Positions 1 to 8,420 are shown, counted from the stretch's first letter. The stretch: 32,000 bases of DNA from Haloferax volcanii DS2 (GCF_000025685.1 NC_013967.1:270001-302000); one strand, 5' to 3'. Notes: generated by a model not told the origin, from the sequence alone. Made by a program: numbers and translations.

Positions 1-1
1 G

Positions 2-109
2 CAGATTGCCGACTCCCACGGCTGGGCGGTTCGGGTTGTCGACGGCGCGGCCGGCGCGCGCTTCGAGGTGCTTTTCGACCCCGTCGGCGAGGCCGGCGCG
101 GCGGAGTGA
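2..109 (+). CDS. 3' fragment of a sensor histidine kinase (end of the HATPase_c domain), truncated by the window edge
   Basis: Frame 2 reads QIADSHGWAVRVVDGAAGARFEVLFDPVGEAGAAE, then TGA at 107-109. The pattern HGW.V.V..G..GARFE is typical of haloarchaeal HATPase_c C-termini. Codons are GC3-rich. Confidence 0.5.
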   Translation, partial: QIADSHGWAVRVVDGAAGARFEVLFDPVGEAGAAE

Positions 110-210
110 GCGCCGCGGCTCACGGGCGGGTCGCGACCGCGCGCCCGAGGCCGACCGCTCGCTCGGTGAGACCGACGGACCGCGCCACCGCGACCGCTCC
201 CCCGAAAGCA

Positions 211-218
211 GATATATC
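211..218 (+). promoter_or_regulatory. TATA-like box (GATATATC) for the 240..1373 gene
   Basis: AT-rich octamer in a GC-rich context, centred about 26 nt upstream of ATG 240. This fits a leaderless haloarchaeal transcript. Confidence 0.45.
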
Positions 219-239
219 CCCGTGGCATAGGAGTCAACG

Positions 240-1373
240 ATGCTCTTGGTCCTCTGTGTCGACCTCGACGACGACCTCGGCCGCAAGACGGGTCTGTCGA
301 CGCCCGTCGTCGGCCGACAGCGCGTCGAGGACGCCGCGGTGGCGCTGGCCACCGCGGACCCGGAGGACTCCGACGTGAACGTCCTCTTTCAGGGCATTCA
401 GGTCCACGACGAACTCCTCGAATCGGAGGACGAGGAGGTCGAAGTCGCGGCGGTCACCGGGTTGGAAGGCAGCGACGTGAAGGCGAACCGCGCCATCGGC
501 GACGAGATAGACACCGTCCTCGCGAGCCTCTCGACCGGCGAGCCCGTCCACGCCATCGTCATCACCGACGGCGCACAGGACGAGTCGGTCCTGCCGGTCA
601 TCCGCTCGCGCGTCCCCATCGACGGGGTTCGCCGGGTCGTCGTCAGGCAGGCCCAGAACCTCGAATCGATGTACTACACGATGAAGCAGGTGCTCGCCGA
701 CCCCGAGACCCGCGGGACCATCCTCGTCCCGCTCGGCATCCTGCTTCTCATCTACCCCTTCGTCACCATCGCCAGCTTCTTCGACGTGCCTGGCGCGGTC
801 GTTCTCGGCCTCATCTCGGCGCTGCTCGGCCTGTACACGCTGTTCCGGGGCCTCGGCCTCGAATCAGCGGTCGACGAGGCGGCCGACCGCGCCCGGAACG
901 TCCTCTACGCCGGCCGCGTCACCATCATCACCTACGTCGCCGCCGCGGCGCTCCTCGTCGTCGGCGGCGTCCGCGGGGTCGAACTCCTCGAAACCGTCTC
1001 GGAGAGCGTCGCGGGCGACCCCCCGGCGGGGCTCGTCCTCGCCACGCTCGTCCACGGCGCGGTCGAGTGGTTCGCCGCCGCCGGCATCACCAGCAGCCTC
1101 GGGCAGGTGACGGACGAGTACCTCCACGACCGCTTCAAGTGGCGCTATCTCAACGCGCCGTTCTACGTGCTCGCCATCGCCATCGTACTGTACGCGCTCT
1201 CGGGGTTTTTCCTCCCCGAGGGCGTCGTCGGCGTCCAGACGTTCTACCTCCCCGGGCTCGCCGTCGCGCTCACGGTCGGCACGCTCCTCGGCGTGCTGAG
1301 CACGCTCACGTTCGCGGTGGCGGAGTCGCGCTACCCGACCGGCTCCGACGGCGAAAACGAGCAACCGGCGTAA
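240..1373 (+). CDS. Integral membrane protein, DUF373-like (soluble acidic N-domain plus a multi-TM C-domain)
   Basis: ATG verified at 240. The N-terminus LVLCVDLDDDLGRK matches my memory of the archaeal DUF373 family. Several hydrophobic helices follow after aa ~150. GC3-rich codons. Confidence 0.7.
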   Translation: MLLVLCVDLDDDLGRKTGLSTPVVGRQRVEDAAVALATADPEDSDVNVLFQGIQVHDELLESEDEEVEVAAVTGLEGSDVKANRAIGDEIDTVLASLSTGEPVHAIVITDGAQDESVLPVIRSRVPIDGVRRVVVRQAQNLESMYYTMKQVLADPETRGTILVPLGILLLIYPFVTIASFFDVPGAVVLGLISALLGLYTLFRGLGLESAVDEAADRARNVLYAGRVTIITYVAAAALLVVGGVRGVELLETVSESVAGDPPAGLVLATLVHGAVEWFAAAGITSSLGQVTDEYLHDRFKWRYLNAPFYVLAIAIVLYALSGFFLPEGVVGVQTFYLPGLAVALTVGTLLGVLSTLTFAVAESRYPTGSDGENEQPA

Positions 1374-1391
1374 TCGGCGTTCCCCCGCCGA
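1374..1391. terminator. Hairpin between convergent genes (TCGGCG-ttcccc-CGCCGA)
   Basis: 6-bp perfect stem directly after the TAA at 1371-1373, followed by gtgTTTcc. It lies between the convergent 240..1373 and idsA genes. Confidence 0.25.
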
Positions 1392-1411
1392 CTGTGTTTC
1401 CTCTCGACTCC

Positions 1412-2254
1412 TCAGCTCTCGCGGACGATGACGAACTCCGCGAGGTCGCGGAGATACTCCAGCGGCTCCGAGTCGTCGACGCCCGAGTCGTCCAGCGCCG
1501 ACAGCGCCTCGTCGGCCTGCTTGCGGGCCCGGCGGTTCGCTTCCTCGGGGGTCAGGTCAGTCACCTGCACGAGCGACGGCCGGCCCATCTCGGCGTCCTG
1601 TCCCGTGGGTTTCCCGAGTTCCTCGGCGTCCGCGGTGGCGTCGAGCACGTCGTCGCGGATTTGGAAGGCGACGCCGACGCGGGCCGCGTAGTCACCGAAC
1701 GCCTCGACGACGTGGGCGTCGCCGCTCGCGGCGACTGCACCGAGTTCGGCCGCAGCGCGGAACAGCGCGCCCGTCTTGCGATGGGCGAGCTGCATGTACT
1801 CGGCTTCGTTCGAGGGGACCGCGACCAGTTCGGTCGCCTCGCCCTCACCGAGTTCGACCATCGATTCGGCGACGATGCGGGTGGCGCGGTCGGACGACGA
1901 CAGGAGGGCGAACGCCTCGCCGAGCAGGCCGTCGGAGGCGATGATGGCCGGGCCGTAGCCGTACTCGGCCCACGCGCTCGGCGTGCCGCGGCGGATGTCG
2001 GACCGGTCGATGATGTCGTCGACGACGAGCGAGGCGTTGTGGACGAGTTCGACGCCGACCGCGAAGTCGACGGCGTCTTCGGGGGTGCCACCGACGGCCT
2101 CGCAGGCGAGGATGGTCACGGCGGGGCGGACGCGCTTGCCCCCCGCGAGAGCGACGTGGTCGAGTTGGTCGGCGAGCTCCGACGGCTCGACCGCCGAGAC
2201 GACCTCCTCGAGGCGGTCGTTTACCATCGTGACCCGGCGCTCCAGGTATTCCAT
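1412..2254 (-). CDS. idsA: Polyprenyl (geranylgeranyl) diphosphate synthase
   Basis: First Asp-rich motif is DDIIDRSDIRRG and the second is FQIRDDVLD. Start moved to ATG 2254 (MEYLERR). The ORF-track N-extension to 2374 is non-acidic and overlaps a repeat array. Confidence 0.85.
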   Translation of the reverse strand: MEYLERRVTMVNDRLEEVVSAVEPSELADQLDHVALAGGKRVRPAVTILACEAVGGTPEDAVDFAVGVELVHNASLVVDDIIDRSDIRRGTPSAWAEYGYGPAIIASDGLLGEAFALLSSSDRATRIVAESMVELGEGEATELVAVPSNEAEYMQLAHRKTGALFRAAAELGAVAASGDAHVVEAFGDYAARVGVAFQIRDDVLDATADAEELGKPTGQDAEMGRPSLVQVTDLTPEEANRRARKQADEALSALDDSGVDDSEPLEYLRDLAEFVIVRES

Positions 2255-2368
2255 TGTCGGTTCGTAGGGTCGGGTAGGGAAGTACGTACCGGATTTCCGA
2301 AAACCGAGCGCGGAGGCGGTCGCCGTCGGCGGTTCCTGACCCGTCAGCGAGGTCGAGATTGTGTGCCC

Positions 2369-2412
2369 TTTCACGTTCTCTCACGCTGGGCGTTTCACGT
2401 TCGTCCACGCTG
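2369..2412. repeat. Tandem direct repeat TTTCACGTTC-N3-CACGCTG x2, equivalent to four (T/C)CACG(T/C)T units
   Basis: Copies at 2369-2388 and 2393-2412, 17/20 identical. CACG cores start near 2372, 2382, 2396 and 2406, spaced 10/14/10 nt. Confidence 0.6.
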
Positions 2413-2438
2413 CCCTGTGCCGTGAGCGAGGGGGCACC

Positions 2439-2466
2439 CGAGCGAACGGACCGACGAGCGAACGGA
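2439..2466. repeat. Perfect 12-nt direct repeat CGAGCGAACGGA x2 (period 16)
   Basis: Copies at 2439-2450 and 2455-2466, in the etfA-idsA spacer. Confidence 0.6.
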
Positions 2467-2513
2467 AGCGCGACCTGCCGCGCTGGAGTGAGTGAGGAGC
2501 GTTTTTGGTGAAG

Positions 2514-2554
2514 CTTTTGCCGAGGGCGGCCTCAGGCCGCCCGCAGCGCAAAAG
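2514..2554 (-). terminator. Long hairpin just downstream of the etfA stop
   Basis: Perfect 8-bp GC stem GGGCGGCC-tca-GGCCGCCC (2524-2542), extended by CTTTTGC/GCAAAAG arms (2514-2520 and 2548-2554). On the minus strand a CCTTTTG run follows the TAG at 2558-2560. Confidence 0.4.
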
Positions 2555-2557
2555 GTT

Positions 2558-3511
2558 CTATTCGAACTGCTCGATGAGCTCCGGCACCACGTCGAAGAGG
2601 TCGCCGACGATACCGTAGTCAGCGATATCGAAGATGGGCGCGTCGGGGTCGGTGTTGATGGCGACGATGTTCTCGGCGCCCTTCATCCCGGCGACGTGCT
2701 GGACCGCGCCGGAGATGCCGACTGCGATGTAGAACTTCGGCGTGACGACCTTCCCGGACTGGCCGACCTGCCGGTCCTTCGGGAGCCAGCCGTTGTCGAC
2801 GATGGGCCGCGACGACGACAGCGTCGCGCCGAGCGCGTCGGCGAGCTCCTGCACGAGTTCGATGTTCTCTTCCTCTTCGATGCCGCGGCCGACGGAGACG
2901 AGTACGTCGGCGTCGGCGATGTCCACGTCGCCGCTGCCGACTTCCTCGAACCCGGTCACGCGCGAGCGCACGCGAGACTCATCGAGGTCAAACGAGAACG
3001 CCTCGATGGCGGGCTCGCCCGGCTCCTCGGTGGCGTCCCACTCGCCCGGGCGGACCGTGACCGCGGCGCGGTCGGCGTCGACTTCCACGGTCGATTCGAC
3101 CTTCGAGGCGTACATCTCGCGGGTGACGACGAGACCGCCGTCGTTCTCCAGGCCGATGGCGTCGGTCACGAGCGGGCGGTCGAGGCGCTCTGCGACCGCG
3201 GGAGCGTAGTCCAGGCCGTTGACCGTGTTGCCCATGAGGACGTACGTGGGGTCGAGTTCCTCGGCGAGCGCTTCGACGGCCTGCACGGTCACGTCGTGGT
3301 TGAACTCGTCGCCCTCGGCGACGGTGTGAATCGCGTCCACGCCGGCGAGCGAGAGCTCCCCGGCGAAGGCGTCCACGTCGCCGCCGATGATCGCGAGGTG
3401 GAGGTCGCCGCCAGTGTCGCCGACGAGGTCGCTCCCGGCCGTCACGAGTTCGAACGACACGTCGCGGAGGCTTCCGCGGCGGTGCTCGACGACGGCGAGC
3501 ACGTCGCTCAT
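2558..3511 (-). CDS. etfA: Electron transfer flavoprotein, alpha subunit
   Basis: C-terminal FAD-binding signature [32 protein letters not shown] at 3511 overlaps the etfB stop (ATGA). Confidence 0.9.
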   Translation of the reverse strand: MSDVLAVVEHRRGSLRDVSFELVTAGSDLVGDTGGDLHLAIIGGDVDAFAGELSLAGVDAIHTVAEGDEFNHDVTVQAVEALAEELDPTYVLMGNTVNGLDYAPAVAERLDRPLVTDAIGLENDGGLVVTREMYASKVESTVEVDADRAAVTVRPGEWDATEEPGEPAIEAFSFDLDESRVRSRVTGFEEVGSGDVDIADADVLVSVGRGIEEEENIELVQELADALGATLSSSRPIVDNGWLPKDRQVGQSGKVVTPKFYIAVGISGAVQHVAGMKGAENIVAINTDPDAPIFDIADYGIVGDLFDVVPELIEQFE

Positions 3512-4305
3512 TGCGCGCCCACCCCCTTTTCCCGGAGGACGGTCGCAAGGTCGGCGGCCTGCTCCCCGGCGTCACCCTCGAAGTAGGTCGCGTCGGACTC
3601 TGTCTCCGGCTCGTACACGTCGGTCAGGACGAGGTCGGATTCGACCGCCGCGGCGTCGAGGCCGAGGTCGGAGAGCGCGAGCGGCTTGATCTCCTTCGAC
3701 TGGGCCTGTCGAATCCCGCGCAGGCTGGCGTAGCGCGGCTCGTTGATGCCGGTCTGGATGGTGAGGACCGCGGGGAGGTCGACCTCGGTGAGTTCCTCCA
3801 CGCCGCCTTCGAGTTCGCGACGGACGTTCGCCACGCCGCCGTCGGCGTCGAGGTCGAGGGCGTTCACGACCGCGGCCCACTCGAAGCCGATTGCCGAGGC
3901 GAGCGAGACGCCGGTCGCGCCGAAGCTGTCGTCGTTGGCCTGCACGCCCGTCAGGACGAGGTCGGGGTCCTCGTCTTCGACGACCGCCGAGAGGAGGCGC
4001 GTCTTCGCGGCCACGTCGAGCAGGTCCACGCCGTCGAGCGCGTCGTCCCACACGCGGACCGCGCGGTCGACGCCCTTGGCGAGCGCCATGCGGATGGTCT
4101 CTTCCGACCGCTCGGGGCCGATGGTGACGGCGACGACCTCCACGTCGTCGTCGCTCTCCTCGGCGATTTGGACGGCTTCCTCGACCGCGTACTCGTCCCA
4201 CTCGTTGAGGTCGTAGTCGAGGTACTGGTCCGCCACGCGGAGCCCGTCGAGCTCGAAGTCCTCTTCGACCTCGGCTACCTCCTTGACGGTTACGAGAATT
4301 TTCAT
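3508..4305 (-). CDS. etfB: Electron transfer flavoprotein, beta subunit
   Basis: MKILVTVKEVAEVEEDFEL is an ETF-beta-like N-terminus. The ORF-track start at 4308 is TTG; the adjacent ATG at 4305 is preferred. Confidence 0.88.
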   Translation of the reverse strand: MKILVTVKEVAEVEEDFELDGLRVADQYLDYDLNEWDEYAVEEAVQIAEESDDDVEVVAVTIGPERSEETIRMALAKGVDRAVRVWDDALDGVDLLDVAAKTRLLSAVVEDEDPDLVLTGVQANDDSFGATGVSLASAIGFEWAAVVNALDLDADGGVANVRRELEGGVEELTEVDLPAVLTIQTGINEPRYASLRGIRQAQSKEIKPLALSDLGLDAAAVESDLVLTDVYEPETESDATYFEGDAGEQAADLATVLREKGVGAQ

Positions 4306-4329
4306 CAACGTTCACTACCGACCGGGGCG

Positions 4330-4337
4330 AATAAACG
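4330..4337 (-). promoter_or_regulatory. TATA-like box (minus strand CGTTTATT) for etfBA
   Basis: AT-rich element centred about 28 nt upstream of the etfB ATG at 4305. Confidence 0.45.
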
Positions 4338-4374
4338 TTTTCGCACCGCGGCCGTCCGCGACGCCGTCGCCCGA

Positions 4375-5553
4375 TTACTCCTCGTCTTCGTCCTCGTCGG
4401 GCAGCGAGATGAGGTTCTCGCGGCCGAGACGCAGCTTCTCGACGCGCTCCTCGTCGGCCATTGCCGACAGGAGCTGTGAGACCTTGGCGTCGGACCAGCC
4501 GGTCTCCTTGACGATGTTCGCCTGCTTCATCCGCCCGCCGTTCCGTTCCAAGAGGAGTTCGACCCGCTCTTCGTCCGAAAGCAGGTCGAGGTCGACGTCA
4601 ACCTCGTCGTGCTCCTCACCGTCGTCCGGTGCGGACTCGTCGGTCGGCTCCGGCGTTGGCTCCTGTCGCGGTTCGGAGCTCACCGACGCCCCGGCCGGCT
4701 CCGCCCCGCTCGGCCGCCGCCGCGTGAACAGGACGACGCCGGCCACGAGCACCGCGAGGACGACCGCGCCGCCGCCGACGAGCGTCCACGGGATGGCTCG
4801 TTCCGGGCCCGTCGAGACGTACGTCACGGTCAACTGGTCAATCGATTCGAAAGTCCGTGGTCCCTCGACGACGAGGGCGTTGTTTTCGAGCGGCAGGTTC
4901 GTGTCGCTGACGGCGTAGCCCGGCGGCGTCTGAATCGTGAGGTTCTGATTCGACCGAAGCGACGTGAGCCACGTCCCGTCGTCATCGGCCGACAAGGCGT
5001 CACCGAGACGCAGTCCCTCGTCGGTCTGTTCGAGGAAGTTGGTCCAAGTGAACGTCAACACGAGGACGCCGGTCTCGTTTTCGACGTAGCCCCTCCTCGT
5101 CGCGTTCTGAACCGCCATCGACCGGCCGGTCTGCTCGGCGGCCGTCTGACTGACGCGTTCGAAGAACGCCGCGTCGGGACCGGCGTCGACGGTTCCCTGC
5201 TCGTACTCCCGTGCGAACTCCTCGAACGCCGCGGTCTCGTTTTGCGTCTCGAGCTCGTAGCGCGTCTCGACCCGCCAGTTCGCGGAGCGATCAGCGCGTA
5301 GTTGAATCGAGACTTCCGTCTCCGGTGACCGTTCGAGCGTCGTCTGTTGGGCGGCGCGCGGTCCGCCACCGAGCTTCGCGAGCGTCGCTGTCTCGTCCGC
5401 GTCCGCGCTCGAATCGGTGACATCGGTGTCGGGAACGCCGGCGACCGCGTCCGCGCTCTGCGTGCCGGCCGCGGCCACGTCCGTGGCCGTCACTGGGACT
5501 GCGACGCCGGCGACGATGGTGAGGAGGGCAACGATGAGGACGGCGCTCCGCAT
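4375..5553 (-). CDS. Membrane-tethered winged-helix protein: signal peptide or anchor, ~250-aa ectodomain, one TM, acidic linker, C-terminal wHTH
   Basis: Start moved to ATG 5553 (MRSAVLIVALLTIVAGVAVPVTA). TM helix IPWTLVGGGAVVLAVLVAGVVLFT followed by RRR (nt 4723-4794). The C-terminal segment RMKQANIVKETGWSDAKVSQLLSAMADEERVEKLRLGRENLISL (nt 4402-4584) looks like a wHTH. Four N-x-S/T sequons in the ectodomain. Confidence 0.75.
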   Translation of the reverse strand: MRSAVLIVALLTIVAGVAVPVTATDVAAAGTQSADAVAGVPDTDVTDSSADADETATLAKLGGGPRAAQQTTLERSPETEVSIQLRADRSANWRVETRYELETQNETAAFEEFAREYEQGTVDAGPDAAFFERVSQTAAEQTGRSMAVQNATRRGYVENETGVLVLTFTWTNFLEQTDEGLRLGDALSADDDGTWLTSLRSNQNLTIQTPPGYAVSDTNLPLENNALVVEGPRTFESIDQLTVTYVSTGPERAIPWTLVGGGAVVLAVLVAGVVLFTRRRPSGAEPAGASVSSEPRQEPTPEPTDESAPDDGEEHDEVDVDLDLLSDEERVELLLERNGGRMKQANIVKETGWSDAKVSQLLSAMADEERVEKLRLGRENLISLPDEDEDEE

Positions 5554-5578
5554 ATACGTAAATCCGTTTCGTCCGGCG

Positions 5579-5586
5579 ATGAAAAC
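5579..5586 (-). promoter_or_regulatory. Possible TATA-like element (minus strand GTTTTCAT) for the 4375..5553 gene
   Basis: Centred about 29 nt upstream of ATG 5553. There is no AT-rich element upstream of the alternative ATG at 5595. Confidence 0.3.
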
Positions 5587-5666
5587 GCTTTCCATCGATT
5601 CAACAGCGTCAGACGCCGTCGACAGACGCCCCCGTCGTCGCCGTCGTCGACAGCAGCAAGAGGGTC

Positions 5667-5676
5667 ATTTTAGTAC
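5667..5676 (+). promoter_or_regulatory. TATA-like box (CATTTTAGTA) for the 5700..7091 gene
   Basis: Centred about 29 nt upstream of ATG 5700, in the 146-nt divergent spacer. Confidence 0.45.
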
Positions 5677-5699
5677 TGCCCCCGTGTACCCTCACGGCG

Positions 5700-7091
5700 A
5701 TGAAGGCCCTCCCACTCGTCGTCGTCATGCTCCTCGTGGCGTCGCCGGTGCTCGGCGCGGTCGGTCCGACCGACGGCTCGTCCCGCTCGCCGGCGCTCGA
5801 TGGGGCGACCCACGCACAGGTCGAGTCGCCGTCCAACGAGACGATTCACGTCCTCGATATCCCGTCGTCGGAGCTGGTTCGGTCGACGGTCGAAGCCCAC
5901 CACGTCGACCTCGGTCCCTCTCTCGACTTCTCCGCGCTCAGGGCCGGCGGGCGGATTCAGACGGGGGCGTCTCTCGAGCGCATCGAGTCCGCGAGCGACG
6001 ACAGCACCCGACAACAACTCATCCTCGACGAGCTAAACGGCATCGAGCAGCGCGCAATCGCGCTCCAGAGCGCACAGCGCTCCGTCATCGAACGGTTCAA
6101 CGACGACAACCTCACCGCGCGAGAGCTCCTCATCGAACTCGCGCGAATCGACGCCGAGGCGCGGGCGCTCAACGAGCGGCGCGTCGCCCTCCGTGACGTC
6201 ACGAGTCGAACGTCGGACTTCTCGATTAGCTCCGGGCGGCTCGCGGCGCTCGAACGCGAACTCGACACGTTCACCGGCCCCGTTCGGACGCACGCGGTCG
6301 CGGTCATGACCGGCGAGGCCGACGCCGCGCGGTTCTCCGTGCGGACGAGCGAGACCGGGGTCGTCCTCAGCGTCGTCGCCGACGGCGAGTACGTCCGCGA
6401 GGCCTACCGCGCGGACCTCCGCGACCGCGACCAGCGCACGGTCACCTACGAGGAGGCGCTCGACATCGTCGCGGAGAACTACCCGACCATCTACTCCAGC
6501 CGCACCGCACAGAACGGGACCAACGTCATCAGTGCCGGCGACAGCCACCGCGTGCGAATCAACTACAACTACGGGCAGTTGACGGCGTACGTTGACACCG
6601 GAAGCGGACGCGTGTTCAAGGAGTCCCAGACGCGTCCCCTCAGGTCGATTTCGACCACCGCCACCGCCACCGGGGTCAGAGACGGGCTGGCGCTCACCGT
6701 CGACCGGACCTACCCCGGCGGACCGCTCCGCATCCAGTTGAACGAAAGCGAGACGGGCGACCCGGTCGACGCGAACGTCACGATTGGACTCGAAGCCAGC
6801 CAGGAGAGCACGCTGTTGGGTCACACCGGTTCCGACGGGACGCTCTGGACCGTCTCGCCGTCAGCGCCCTACACCGTCACGGTCATCAAGGGCAACTCGG
6901 CGGTCGTGCTCACGGCCGATCCGACGCCCACGCCCACCCTCGCCGCGAACCCAACCGACACGGAAAACGACACGTCCCCGACGGTCACGTCGACGCCGAC
7001 CGAATCGATCGAGTCGCCCGGCCCCTCCCGGACGGTCCCGCAGGGCGCACCCGGCGACTCGCCAACGGTCGGTTCTCCGACGGTCGGCTGA
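5700..7091 (+). CDS. Secreted or surface protein of unknown function: Sec-type signal peptide, coiled-coil-like segment, Thr/Pro-rich C-terminal tail
   Basis: MKALPLVVVMLLVASPVLGAVG signal peptide. Helical heptad-like stretch QQLILDELNGIEQRAIALQSAQRSVIERF...LIELARIDAEARALNERRVALRD. At least six N-x-S/T sequons. Tail is DPTPTPTLAANPTDTENDTSPTVTSTPTES, with no terminal TM or PGF-CTERM-like anchor. Confidence 0.75.
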   Translation: MKALPLVVVMLLVASPVLGAVGPTDGSSRSPALDGATHAQVESPSNETIHVLDIPSSELVRSTVEAHHVDLGPSLDFSALRAGGRIQTGASLERIESASDDSTRQQLILDELNGIEQRAIALQSAQRSVIERFNDDNLTARELLIELARIDAEARALNERRVALRDVTSRTSDFSISSGRLAALERELDTFTGPVRTHAVAVMTGEADAARFSVRTSETGVVLSVVADGEYVREAYRADLRDRDQRTVTYEEALDIVAENYPTIYSSRTAQNGTNVISAGDSHRVRINYNYGQLTAYVDTGSGRVFKESQTRPLRSISTTATATGVRDGLALTVDRTYPGGPLRIQLNESETGDPVDANVTIGLEASQESTLLGHTGSDGTLWTVSPSAPYTVTVIKGNSAVVLTADPTPTPTLAANPTDTENDTSPTVTSTPTESIESPGPSRTVPQGAPGDSPTVGSPTVG

Positions 7092-7130
7092 CCGGAGCTT
7101 CTTATCCCATGACGGGACCACCCCGTCTCG

Positions 7131-7613
7131 ATGCCTTGTCAGTTCCGCCGCTCGACCCGCGGCTCGTCAGTACTCATCGGGAGCGTGCTCCTCATCGGTC
7201 TCGTGGTCGTCGTCGCGGCCGCTGTCGGCGCGGCGGCGTTCGACGCGGCCGACGCCTCGCCGACGCCGACTCGACCCACGGCGCTGTCGCTCGGGGTCTC
7301 GGGTGACACGCTGTCGCTGACTCACGAGGGCGGCGCGCCGCTCGACGTGGACTCGCTCGCGGTTCGTATCTCGGTGGACGGTGAGTCGCTCGCGCACCAA
7401 CCGCCCGTGCCGTTCTTCTCGGCCAGCGGGTTCCGGCCCGGCCCGACCGGCCCGTTCAACGCCGCGGCCGACCCCCGGTGGACCGTCGGTGAGACGGCGA
7501 CCCTCAAACTCGCGGGGACGAACGACCCGACTATCGAGCCGGGTGCGACGGTGACCGTCCGCGTCTTCGACGGCGACACGCCGGTCGCGGCGCTCGAAGC
7601 GACAGCGTCGTGA
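7131..7613 (+). CDS. Archaeal type IV pilin-like protein (class III signal peptide, DUF1628-type N-terminus) with a beta-rich C-domain
   Basis: N-terminus is MPCQFRRSTRG followed by SSVLIGSVLLIGLVVVVAAAVGAAAF. A charged segment ends in G and is followed by a hydrophobic helix, as in prepilin-peptidase (PibD) substrates. The gene lies 39 nt after the 5700..7091 gene. Confidence 0.7.
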   Translation: MPCQFRRSTRGSSVLIGSVLLIGLVVVVAAAVGAAAFDAADASPTPTRPTALSLGVSGDTLSLTHEGGAPLDVDSLAVRISVDGESLAHQPPVPFFSASGFRPGPTGPFNAAADPRWTVGETATLKLAGTNDPTIEPGATVTVRVFDGDTPVAALEATAS

Positions 7614-7679
7614 GTCGGTCGCGACGATGCGCTGACAGCGACGAACACGAGCGGCCGCGTCGACCGCGGCGGTCAGCGA

Positions 7680-8303
7680 TTATTCCTCGGGTGCGCGCGC
7701 GATAGTGACAATAGCCCGCGGGCTCCCCGGCTGGCGTTGGAGGATGTGGTGTTCGATGTCGACGAAGCCGGCGGCCTCGAACATCCGGTCGGCCTCCTCC
7801 TCGTCGTAAAACAGCATGATGGCGTCCGCAAGCTTCTGGAAGACGCCGGATTTCGGGTCGTCGGGGCCGACGACGAGCACCTTGCTCCCCGGTTTCACCA
7901 CCCGGCGGAACTCTTCGAGCGCGGTGACCGGGTTCGGCCAGTACTCGATGGAGCCGGACGACCAGATAACGTCGAACGAGTCCTCAGCGAAGGGGAGCCG
8001 CTCGGCGTCCCCGCGGTAGAACCGGACCTCGTCGTGCTTGCCGAACTTCTCCCACGCCTTCTGCATCTGGTGGATGCTCTGGTCGAGGCCGTGGACGTCG
8101 TCGGTGTAGCGGAGCAGTCCCTCGGTTCCGAAGCCGGTGCCACAGCCCACGTCGAGGACGCGGTCGCCCTGCTGGATGTCGAGCATCTCCAGCGCCTCGT
8201 CGCGCATCTCCTCGTTCCAGATGAACGGGTTCACCCGGTCGTACACCTTCGAGAGGTACTTGTAGAACAGGCGGGCCCGCGCTTTGTTTTCGAGGACTCC
8301 CAT
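7680..8303 (-). CDS. Class I SAM-dependent methyltransferase, UbiE/MenG/VTE3-like (probable quinone C-methyltransferase)
   Basis: SAM motif I is VLDVGCGTGFGTEGL. The N-terminal LFYKYLSKVYDRVNPFIWNEEMRDEALE resembles the MPBQ/VTE3-type signature as I recall it. Start moved to ATG 8303, with TTATCA about 30 nt upstream. Confidence 0.75.
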   Translation of the reverse strand: MGVLENKARARLFYKYLSKVYDRVNPFIWNEEMRDEALEMLDIQQGDRVLDVGCGTGFGTEGLLRYTDDVHGLDQSIHQMQKAWEKFGKHDEVRFYRGDAERLPFAEDSFDVIWSSGSIEYWPNPVTALEEFRRVVKPGSKVLVVGPDDPKSGVFQKLADAIMLFYDEEEADRMFEAAGFVDIEHHILQRQPGSPRAIVTIARAPEE

Positions 8304-8420
8304 CGCGCCGGGATTAGAACTCGCCGATGATAACGGTGCGGATTCGCCGCGCCGGTCGGCGTTCGAGGGGGTAAATCGCCGCGTTTTCCGAGCGTCTGTC
8401 ACAGACTTTCCGCAAACACC

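Noticed and set aside
105-122. Inverted repeat GTGAGC-gccgcg-GCTCAC overlapping the histidine-kinase stop, considered as a terminator.
   Set aside because: The stem is only 6 bp and no T-run follows. In GC-rich DNA such stems arise by chance, so it was not listed as a feature.
2369-2466. Possibility that the short direct repeats here, and those at 18733-18769 and 25590-25620, are a degenerate CRISPR array.
   Set aside because: There are only two copies each. The units are 12-20 nt with spacers of 4-13 nt. There are no cas genes and no leader. This is inconsistent with CRISPR architecture.
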